Shown in pieces: positions 39,324-47,981 of a stretch of DNA of 64,000 nucleotides (the stretch's first letter is position 1; every line of letters starts with the position of its first letter). The DNA comes from a bacterium. Lineage in GTDB: Bacteria; Electryoneota; Electryoneia; Electryoneales; Electryoneaceae. The stretch covers positions 1,216,001-1,280,000 of the forward strand of contig CAXXKJ010000002.1 in the NCBI GenBank assembly GCA_963675295.2, given 5' to 3'. A program made the translations under genes and the position numbers. Below the pieces are notes generated by a model that was not told the DNA's origin, searched no databases, and was given only the letters and a program-made list of their open reading frames with translations.

Positions 39324-39427
39324 TTGGTCCACCGCCGGCCAAATCTGAGATAGGCCGGCCTCACACGTTGCGTACCGACCTGCTGTATTGACAGATTATA
39401 ACATGCACCTCAACACGTAACAGGACA

Positions 39428-41197
39428 ATGACACACAACCGTTCATCAACTTTCCCCCGATTCCCTCACCTCGCCGTGTTCACGTTGACACTGATGGCGA
39501 TGTTTTTCTTGCCGTTCCCGACCTCTGCCCAATGGTCTGGGGAGGGTGTTCTGCTGGTAGATCGAGGTCCGTTGTCAACGGACATGTGCCCGGACGGTCA
39601 AGGTGGACTGTGGTATGCTCAGCTTGCTACGGATCCTGTTGTTCAGCAGGTTGTCGTCCAGCATCTCGACAGCGAGGGATACCGGTCCTTTGATTTGCAG
39701 GGGATTCCCGTGGCGCGGGATTCGACGCACTACCTGTGTGGAATTCAGCCTGGTCCGGATGGTGATTGCATTGTTATGTATTCGCGTGGCTACCTCGACA
39801 ACCAGGAAGTGATCTATGATATTTACGCGCAACGGATCACCCAGCAGGGCGAACTCTTGTGGGGTGAGTTGGGCCTGGATATCAGTACCCATAGCCACAC
39901 ACACAAAATACCGTTGAGCTTCCTCGGCCATTGGACACTCTCCGATGGCGCTGGTGGATTGTGGGGGGTCTGGTGCATGGGTGTTGGCTACTACAACGCC
40001 TTCGTGTGTGGTGTCAACGCCGATGGCACACTGAAGTGTCCGGACGGCGATCTCCATGTTGGATTCGCTACTAACAATCTATTAACCTGCGAATTTGTTG
40101 ACGATGGCGCGGGGGGCATGGTCGTCCTTTACGGTACAGATGCTGACGGCTAATGGGGAGTTCGGCACATCTATGCCCAGCGAATCCTTGCTGATGGATC
40201 CACGTTGTATGATGACGCGTTGCTGGTAATGGACAAACCTCTGGGCAATGCTTTTGTTTATGGCACATGGCAAGACATCTATCTTCGCCGTGATCCCCAA
40301 GGTGGGTATGCGATCACCACACCGATCTATTGGCAGCGGCTTTCTGATGATCTCGTTCCGCAATGGGCGATCGAAGGTGTTGAGGTATATAATACCTGGG
40401 AGCCAACCTGGCACTATCGTGGTGATCAATCCAGCCCAGTAATCCTTGCGGATCGCACTGTACAACAACTCTGCCTTGACAGCCGTCATGCCCGCCCTCG
40501 TTTTGAACAACTGCTGCTGGATGGCACACGCCGTCACGGGACAGACTGGGGACCTGCCGCAGGTGACAGTACCGTCGAACAATACTCACCGGGACCGGAT
40601 TTGCTCTCTCCTGATGGTGAATCGGTCATTTGCTATTACAAAGGCGCTATTGGTTTCGAGGATTATCAAGAATTCCTGGTTCAACGGATCACACCGGATG
40701 GTGATAATATCTGGCCCCAAATCACAGTTCTTGGTGTTGATAGTTTTTCTTACGGAGTTAAGGAGTATGCTGGTTTCTATCTCGATGATGAAAGTGTTGC
40801 ATATGTAGCTGGTAGTGTTGATCCCTATCGTAATTTCGCGTTCAAAGTCTATATTGACGATGGTTCCGTAGCTGGTGATAATGATGTAGCATCTTCGCCA
40901 GCAACCGCCATTCTCCCTTCAGATTCACCTGTCCTGATTAGCAATGCCTATCCGAATCCGTTCAACAGCAGCATCGCTCTGACGATCTCGGTTCGCGATC
41001 CGGGTGTTTACGACCTCATCGTCCGCAATGTATTGGGACAGACACTCCACCGTGAAGCAGTGGACAGCCGCACGCCCGGCGAATTCGTTCAGACCCTGAC
41101 CCTGCCGGACGGGTGCGCGTCGGGGATCTACTTCCTCACGTTGCAGCACACGGATGGCCGCAACCTGAGCCAGAAGAAGGTCGTGTATCTGCGGTGA
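39428..41197 (+). pseudogene. Secreted protein with T9SS-like CTD, interrupted by an in-frame TAA (40151-40153)
   Basis: ORFs 39428-40153 and 40205-41197 are in the same frame; the IYAQRI repeat continues right after the stop; signal peptide at the start and YPNPFN...KVVYLR at the end. Confidence 0.7.
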
Positions 41198-41218
41198 TGT
41201 GGATGGTTTTGGCCATCA

Positions 41219-41400
41219 TGTGCCCCAGGCATTCATGTCTGGGATACTCCGCGCCATGTGCCCCTGAACCATGTGACCCATGAGCCATGTGCCCCTGATG
41301 GCTCCGCCAGCAGGGGTCATCAGAGGATCGGATACAATTCGTTGAATGGTGCCTGTGATTGTCCGCCGGTCTGTTTCGGCGGCTATCGCGGGTTATCTGC
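41219..41400 (+). repeat. REP-like palindrome, triplicated 15-mer and hairpin repeat copy 3
   Basis: TGCCCCAGGCATTCATGTCTGGG; (CCATGTGCCCCTGA)x3 degenerate; 41347-41400 homologous to 3298-3353. Confidence 0.7.
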
Positions 41401-41634
41401 ATGGTTCCGTGGGACACCTGTCGGCACAGACCGTGTGGATTCCATCGGAACCTTCTGGGGTTGCCGTTCTACTCACACCAGTCCGCCCGTACCGAGTGCC
41501 GCCAGATGTCCCCCTGCAGAGTTTCCCCGGTATCACCATCGGCGGTACCGGGGGCTGTGCCGGGCGCCTGTCGAAACCCTACCTTACGTGCTTCGTTCAG
41601 CCGAGTTCATCAACCGTTTCAGCGTGATCCACCC

Positions 41635-44352
41635 ATGACCAGAAACTATCGTCAGCCTGTGTTCGCCGTCCTGCTTGCCGTCACGGCGTTTTTGCTCGTG
41701 TTCACCACTTCAGCTTTCGCCGGGGACATGCCCGCGATGGAGGCGGCGGACGCCGCGCATGATTCGTTGCGTCTCCGTTGGGCACGGTCGGACGGGTTCG
41801 AACACGCCGTGATGTCGGAGCAGCTCGGGGTCTGGGCGTACGATCCGGACTATGTGCTGCCGGGCGAGTGGAACGATCGCATCCAGGCGATCTACGAGAT
41901 CGCGATGTTGTCCGGGCGGCGGTTCGAGGTGGAACGACCGGGGTATCTCGCACGTCGTGGCGAGCCGGTGTTGCCGAGTGGGGTCCACTGGAGCAAGGCG
42001 CTCAGCGAACTGCACCGGGTGCTGTTGACGGAACGGTTCGAACGTCTCGACGACGCCTATTTCATGACGTGGACGGTGTTGCCGTCGATTCAGCAGCTGG
42101 CGTATGGCGAGCTGGCGATGCGGCGGCAGGAGGCCGATTCCGCGTTGATCGCCTTTTCGCTGGCGAAATACTACGCGCCGCACCCTCGTGTCGCGGGCGA
42201 GGCGACGGTCGGGATCGCGCGCGCGTTATATCAGAAGCGCGATTTCCAGGCGGCGCTGGACACGTTGCAGACGAACCTCGACCGGGGTGCGTTTGGTGCG
42301 GATGCGTTGCACTGGATGGGCTGGACACTGGTTCGGTTAGGACGTGTACGCGAGGCGACATCGTTGTTCCAGCTCGCGGTGGAAATCAACCCGTTGCACG
42401 AGCGCGCGCACTACATGCTCGGCAATGGCTATGCGCCCTACAACTACAGTCAGCTTGCGTACGAGTACCCGCACATTGTGCCGGAAGGGTCGGCGGCGGA
42501 ACGGTTGGAATCGGCGAAACAGCACCTGCGCGACGGCGAACGTGACCTCGCGCTGGCCACGCTGCAGTCGCTGGCTCTGGCACAACCGGCGCTGGTTGAG
42601 CCACGGGTGATCCTCGCCGAATTGTCGTGGATGCAGGGCAGCTACGACACCTCCGAACGGTTGCTGTTCGAAGCGCTGGAATCGTGTCCGGATTACGGCC
42701 GTGCCCATGCCGTGCTCGCACGGGTGCAGGAGATGCGGCGGTTGCAGCAGTCGGCACGCCGACAGGCGGTGCGTGATTCTATCCTCGCCAAGCCGATGGC
42801 GAAAATTGACGGCATTGAAACGTTCATCAGCAACTGGGACGCGCTCAATCCTGAGCTGAAGAAGATTGTCGCCAGTGCGGTGGAACCGTGGGCGGCGTTT
42901 GTCCCAGCGCTCAACGCCGCCGGGCAGACGCACTACATAAAACCGATGTATCAACTGCTGTCCGAAGCGCCGCACATGGAGTCGCTCAAGGATCAGCGCA
43001 TCAATCTCGATTCGCGCCTCTGGGATGATGTGCGCGGGGTCGGCGGTTTCCACAGCGTCACCGGTGTCGAAGATGTCCGTCGCATGGCGTACGGCGGCTA
43101 CAACACGCTGGTTCACGAGCTGACACACCAGGTTCACGGCATCTTCACCCCGGAGCAGCGGGAAGAGGTGGACGACCTCTACCGCGCCGCGAAGAACCGT
43201 GACGAAGCCGGTGTCGAGACCTTCATGAGCCGCTACCAGGCGTCCACGGTCTGGGAGTATTTCGCGGAAGGGGTGAACGCGTACGTCACGCAACGCATCG
43301 ACGAAAACGACGAACGCGAGATGCTGCATGACCGGCTGCATCGTCTCGATCCACAGCTGGAAAGCCTGGTGATTGATCTGCTGGCGGTGGACGATGTACG
43401 CGAAAATGTCGCCGTCGCACGCACCAATGCCGCGTTGCAGAACCTGGAAACCGGTGATGCCGACTCCTCCTGGGCGGAGCTCGCCCGGATCGACAACGAG
43501 TGGGCGGAGAAGCCGTACGTGCTCAGCGCGCGCGGGTATGTCGCGTCGATTCTGGATCGTGACGCGACCGCCGTCGAGGCCGGTCGGCGATTCGTCTGGC
43601 TGTATCCCCGTGACGGAGACTCGTGGACCACGCTCGCGTCCGCGTTGCAGTTCGCGCCAGGTGCGGGGGACACGTTGCCCGATTCGTTAGCGACGCCGTT
43701 GGCCGTGATGCAAGCCGGAGTGCGCAATGCCGGAAGCAGCGACGCGATCGAGGTACGTTTGGCGTTGGCCCGGTACGCGCATCAGGCGGGTGAGTTTGCC
43801 GAGGCGATTGCCCAGTGTGACACCGTGCTCAGCGACCTGCAGCCGAACCACCCGACGGCCCTGTGGCAACGCGCCAACAGCCGTGCGCGGTCGGCGTGGC
43901 AAACTGGGTCGATGGATTCAGCACGATTCGACGAGGCGGTTGCGGATTACGAAGCGGCGATCATGCAACGTAGCGGCGTGATGGAGTTGCGGTTGGATTA
44001 CGCGCGCGATCTGTTACTGGAGGGCAGCTTCGACGAGGCAGACAAGCAAATCCGTGAGGCGGAAACGTTGCATCCGAACGATCCGTTGCCGATGACCTAC
44101 CGCGCCGTGTGGTTGCGTGCAACGGGCGACGTCGAAGCCAGCGACCATTTGTTCTCGGACGCGCTGGCGATGGAACCCGCCCCGGACGACGCGATCATCT
44201 TCGCCGCGTACTACGGTATCGTCGACGCTCGCACGGTGGCGACCCTGATTAATCAGTGGGAGTCGGACGGCCCGGCGTACGTTTACAACCCACGCCAGTA
44301 CCGCTACGAAGCGCGGCAGGTGGTGCAACCGTGGATGCGAATACTGGATTGA
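41635..44352 (+). CDS. Secreted TPR protein with central zincin metallopeptidase domain
   Basis: Signal peptide ending SAFA; many TPR-like helices; LVHELTHQVH and downstream EYFAEG. Confidence 0.8.
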   Translation: MTRNYRQPVFAVLLAVTAFLLVFTTSAFAGDMPAMEAADAAHDSLRLRWARSDGFEHAVMSEQLGVWAYDPDYVLPGEWNDRIQAIYEIAMLSGRRFEVERPGYLARRGEPVLPSGVHWSKALSELHRVLLTERFERLDDAYFMTWTVLPSIQQLAYGELAMRRQEADSALIAFSLAKYYAPHPRVAGEATVGIARALYQKRDFQAALDTLQTNLDRGAFGADALHWMGWTLVRLGRVREATSLFQLAVEINPLHERAHYMLGNGYAPYNYSQLAYEYPHIVPEGSAAERLESAKQHLRDGERDLALATLQSLALAQPALVEPRVILAELSWMQGSYDTSERLLFEALESCPDYGRAHAVLARVQEMRRLQQSARRQAVRDSILAKPMAKIDGIETFISNWDALNPELKKIVASAVEPWAAFVPALNAAGQTHYIKPMYQLLSEAPHMESLKDQRINLDSRLWDDVRGVGGFHSVTGVEDVRRMAYGGYNTLVHELTHQVHGIFTPEQREEVDDLYRAAKNRDEAGVETFMSRYQASTVWEYFAEGVNAYVTQRIDENDEREMLHDRLHRLDPQLESLVIDLLAVDDVRENVAVARTNAALQNLETGDADSSWAELARIDNEWAEKPYVLSARGYVASILDRDATAVEAGRRFVWLYPRDGDSWTTLASALQFAPGAGDTLPDSLATPLAVMQAGVRNAGSSDAIEVRLALARYAHQAGEFAEAIAQCDTVLSDLQPNHPTALWQRANSRARSAWQTGSMDSARFDEAVADYEAAIMQRSGVMELRLDYARDLLLEGSFDEADKQIREAETLHPNDPLPMTYRAVWLRATGDVEASDHLFSDALAMEPAPDDAIIFAAYYGIVDARTVATLINQWESDGPAYVYNPRQYRYEARQVVQPWMRILD

Positions 44353-44360
44353 GATCAAGC

Positions 44361-44397
44361 TGAAGCCCGGGCTCATCGAACCCGGGCTTCATTTTTT
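44361..44397 (+). terminator. Intrinsic terminator
   Basis: TGAAGCCCGGG..CCCGGGCTTCA-TTTTTT. Confidence 0.8.
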
Positions 44398-44432
44398 AGC
44401 TCACAACTCATGGCTCATCACTCAGAACTGGT

Positions 44433-45140
44433 TTACTGAATCCCCTTCCCGAAGCGCTCCAACCGTGGTCCATCCAGCACATCCGGCCAGTGCCAGGACA
44501 TCGCGACGCCGACCACGCGTCCGATGATCGCATCGTCCTCGACCGGCCCGAAGTAGCGGCTGTCGAGCGAATTGTCACGGTTGTCGCCCATCAGGAAAAC
44601 CATGCCCTCGGGGACGGTGTACGGTCCCCAGTTGTCCCGGTTGCCCAGAGCGCGCGGGATGCCCGGTTGCGGGTAGCCGTCCGGGATGAGACGCTCGTCC
44701 AGATGCACGCCCTGCAGTTCGTCGGGCGCGCGTTCGCCGTCCACATACAGCACCTTGTCTCTGAGCTCGAGGATCTGGCCGGCGGTTGCGGCGACGCGTT
44801 TGACGTATGGCGTCATCTCATCCATCGGCGTCTCGACGACGACCACGTCACCGGATTCGACATCACGCAGCCCCGGCAGCTTCATCGCGGGAACGTGGAA
44901 TCCGAGCTTGGTGTATGGGACGCCGATCCAGTGGGGGGTGCGTGGCCCGAGGCTGACTTTTTCCGCGACGACCATGTCGCCAGGGAGGATGGTGTGTTCC
45001 ATTGAACCAGTCGGAACGTGGTACGCCTGCACCAGCCCGACCTGGATGACGGTGACCATGAGAATAACAAACGCCAGATCCTTCAAGCCCTGGAGGATGC
45101 TGGCGCGCCAGTTGATCGGGGTTTTGTCTGTCTTTGGCAT
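44433..45140 (-). CDS. lepB: Signal peptidase I
   Basis: PTGSME (Ser), YVKR (Lys), MGDNRDNSLDSRYFG. Confidence 0.93.
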   Translation of the reverse strand: MPKTDKTPINWRASILQGLKDLAFVILMVTVIQVGLVQAYHVPTGSMEHTILPGDMVVAEKVSLGPRTPHWIGVPYTKLGFHVPAMKLPGLRDVESGDVVVVETPMDEMTPYVKRVAATAGQILELRDKVLYVDGERAPDELQGVHLDERLIPDGYPQPGIPRALGNRDNWGPYTVPEGMVFLMGDNRDNSLDSRYFGPVEDDAIIGRVVGVAMSWHWPDVLDGPRLERFGKGIQ

Positions 45141-45365
45141 TGCTGCTCCACAAGTGTGGTTGGTCCTGCTTTTCTCCACTCGTTGGAGCGTGATTTGTTC
45201 CTCCGGGTTACAGCTTTTGATAGCCTGGAGAAGTCCCTCATACCTCACACCTCATACCTCACACCCGTCTCTCCCCTTGCCTGCGTGAAACCGTGGGCCT
45301 ACGTTGCGCGTTCGATGTGGGACACCGCGCACGCGGCCAAACGACAACCCGAAAGCCGAACCATC

Positions 45366-46358
45366 ATGCCCGACCGTGACGATCTGCAAACCCTTGAACG
45401 TGTCGCCCAGGCACGTCAGATCCTGAAAGACCAGCTGGCCAATGTCATCATCGGCCAGCATCATGTCATCGATCACCTGCTCGTATCGTTGTTGTGCAAA
45501 GGCCACGTGCTGCTGGTCGGTGTACCGGGGCTGGCGAAAACGTTGCTCATTCGCAGCCTGGCGGACGTGCTCGAGTTGAGCTTCAACCGTATCCAGTTCA
45601 CACCGGACCTGATGCCGACCGACATCACCGGCACCGAGGTGATCGAGGAGAACCGCACCACCGGCCGCAAGGAATTCCGCTTTGTGCAGGGCCCGTTGTT
45701 CGCGCAGGTAGTCCTTGCGGACGAGATCAACCGTACCCCGCCGAAGACGCAGGCGGCATTGCTGCAGGCGATGCAGGAGCATGAGGTCAGCGCGGCGGGG
45801 CAGACGTTCACCCTCGAGGAACCGTTCTTCGTGCTCGCGACGCAGAACCCGATCGAGCAGGAGGGAACCTACCCGTTGCCGGAAGCCCAGCTTGACCGCT
45901 TCATGTTCATGCTGAAGGTGGAATACCCAAGCGCGGCGGAGGAGTTGGAAATCATCACCCGCACCACCGCTGGCGACGCGAAACAGCTGAGCGTGGTGAT
46001 GAAGGGCGACGAGATCCAGGAGCTTCAGGGCCTGGTGCGGCGTGTGCCGGTCGCGGACACGGTGCTGAAGTATGCCGTCGCGTTAACACGGGCCACCCGT
46101 CCCGCCGAGGACGACGCGCCGGACTTCATCAAGAACTGGGTGCGATGGGGCGCGGGTCCGCGTGCCGGGCAGAACCTGATCCTCGGTGCGAAAGCGCGTG
46201 CGGTGCTGGATGGCCGTCCGACTCCGGAAGTCGCGGACGTGCAGGAATTGGCGAAACCGGTGTTGCGTCACCGGATTGTGCGCTCGTTCCGTGCCGAAGC
46301 GGACGCCATCGAGACCGACGACATTATCGAGAAGCTGCTCAAGACGATAAAGGTGTAG
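45366..46358 (+). CDS. MoxR-family AAA+ ATPase
   Basis: GVPGLAKT, RIQFTPDLMPTDITG, DEINR, ATQNPIEQEGTYPLPEAQLDRF. Confidence 0.95.
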   Translation: MPDRDDLQTLERVAQARQILKDQLANVIIGQHHVIDHLLVSLLCKGHVLLVGVPGLAKTLLIRSLADVLELSFNRIQFTPDLMPTDITGTEVIEENRTTGRKEFRFVQGPLFAQVVLADEINRTPPKTQAALLQAMQEHEVSAAGQTFTLEEPFFVLATQNPIEQEGTYPLPEAQLDRFMFMLKVEYPSAAEELEIITRTTAGDAKQLSVVMKGDEIQELQGLVRRVPVADTVLKYAVALTRATRPAEDDAPDFIKNWVRWGAGPRAGQNLILGAKARAVLDGRPTPEVADVQELAKPVLRHRIVRSFRAEADAIETDDIIEKLLKTIKV

Positions 46359-46375
46359 GTATGGGGACAGTCGGA

Positions 46376-46611
46376 AAAGAAGTACTGAGTACAACTGAAG
46401 TACGAAGTGAAAAGAAGTACTGAGTCGAGAAGAAGTCGAAAGTCGCAAAGAAGTACAGAGACTGAGCGAGCATCGGGGACACTTACTCCGCTAAGTGTCC
46501 CCGTTTTATTTGTCTTCAACACGTCCGAGTTCCGACTACCGTTTTTTCACCCATCCACACCCTCCCAGGTTGTTTCTTCTTTTCCTCACACCTCACACCT
46601 CACACCTCACA
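46376..46611. repeat. Intergenic simple repeats and GGGGACAC palindrome
   Basis: AAGAAGTACTGAGT repeats; CGGGGACACTTA..TAAGTGTCCCCG (46474-46503); (CCTCACA)x4 at 46584-46611. Confidence 0.7.
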
Positions 46612-46725
46612 CTTGCCTTTCGAGGCATCAACTTTGCAGTTAGGATAACCGAACTATTCCGCTGCTCCAGCGTGAAACAGGGCAGTGGACGACGGTGAAC
46701 CTTGAGACTGAGAGAGGTTGAGACG

Positions 46726-47517
46726 ATGAAACGGATGATGACTGGACTTACGCTGCTGGCGGCGGTGCTGTTGACCGTGTCGCCGGGGTATGCGTTGAAT
46801 GTCGGCGAGATGGCGCCGGACTTCACGTTGCAGGACACGGACGGCAACTGGCACACCCTGTCCGATTACGAGGGCAAGGTGGTGTTCCTCTTCTTCATGG
46901 GTGCCACGTGAGGCATCTGCCGGTCCCAGGCTGGGGCTGAAGAAGACAATATCTGGCAGGAATACATGGACGATCCGAACTTCGTCATGTTCGGACTGGA
47001 CCGCTGGGATCTGCCCGCGCCGTCGGTTGTCGACTTCGCGGATGATACCGGCTGCACATTCCCGTTCCTGACGATGGCGTACGAAACCGGGCTGGACTAC
47101 GAGAACAATATGAAGTACTGGGTGGTGGATTCGGAAGGGCTGATCGCCTACGAGTCCGGCACTCATGAACAGGACATTCCGGCGCAGCAAACCGCGATCG
47201 AAGCGGCGTTGTCGACGCTCGATGTGGACGAACCCGCGCCACGTGAACAGCCGTCGGAGTTTGTGTTGCTGAACGCCTACCCGAACCCGTTCAACAGCAG
47301 TGTGACAGTCAGCATGGAGCTGCCGGCGAGCGAAACAGTCCGTGTCAGCGTGCTGGACCTGCTCGGCCGTGAGCTGGCGGTGTTGCTGAATAACCGCCGC
47401 AACGCAGGCCAGACCGAGTTGAGCTGGGCACCGATGAATTTGGCGACGGGCGTCTACCTGCTGCGTGTGCAGGGCGAATCCTTCGCGGTGACGCGCAAGC
47501 TGATGTACCTGAAGTAG
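46726..47517 (+). CDS. Secreted thioredoxin-fold (AhpC/TSA-redoxin-like) selenoprotein, UxxC, with T9SS-like CTD
   Basis: Signal peptide; VGEMAPDFTLQDTDG..HTLSDYEGKVVFLFF; in-frame TGA 46909-46911 giving U-G-I-C; frame continues open to YPNPFN...RKLMYLK. Confidence 0.85.
46921..46939 (+). promoter_or_regulatory. Putative bacterial SECIS hairpin
   Basis: CGGUCCC(A-GGC-U)GGGGCUG stem-loop starting 9 nt after the UGA, with G in the apical loop. Confidence 0.6.
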
Positions 47518-47553
47518 CACAGTCGCGGCGATGACCGCGTTGAAAGACATCCC

Positions 47554-47580
47554 AACCCCGTCCATCTGGCCGGGGTTTTC
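47554..47580 (+). terminator. Probable terminator after the selenoprotein gene
   Basis: AACCCCGTCCA-TC-TGGCCGGGGTT-TTC. Confidence 0.55.
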
Positions 47581-47981
47581 TCGTACCCGTTTGAGCAGGT
47601 GGTCCGGTAGCGAACGCTGAAATTGATCCATAACGATACGAGTTAGTGTATCGTATTTAAACGAAAACCACATCATCTCTCCGAAGAGCCCTCCTGAAAC
47701 TGAGTATAACCAAAATTTCCGAAAACCGTCTTTGTTCGTTCAGGGCTTGGTTGTTCATGGGATGGCTTGACAGAATTTCGGATATTTATCGTATTAAAGG
47801 AGTACGAATCAGCAGTCGCTCCGCAAAAACTGGCACGCTGTCTGTACTACACCCACCCGACAAGCAAATCAGGCCTCCGCCGTTCGTGGCGGATGCAGCT
47901 AGACGGCGAATCCGTGAACAATCCTTGTGGGAAGGTTGGGATTCGTCATAAACAGACGGTCAACTTTTTAGGAGGACTGCC

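Noticed and set aside
46909-46911. TGA read as Trp/Gly through an alternative genetic code, or as a true stop
   Set aside because: TGA terminates clearly complete genes here (nrdJ, hutI, glgA, dut). The codon aligns to the first Cys of CxxC, and a 61-aa product would truncate the fold.
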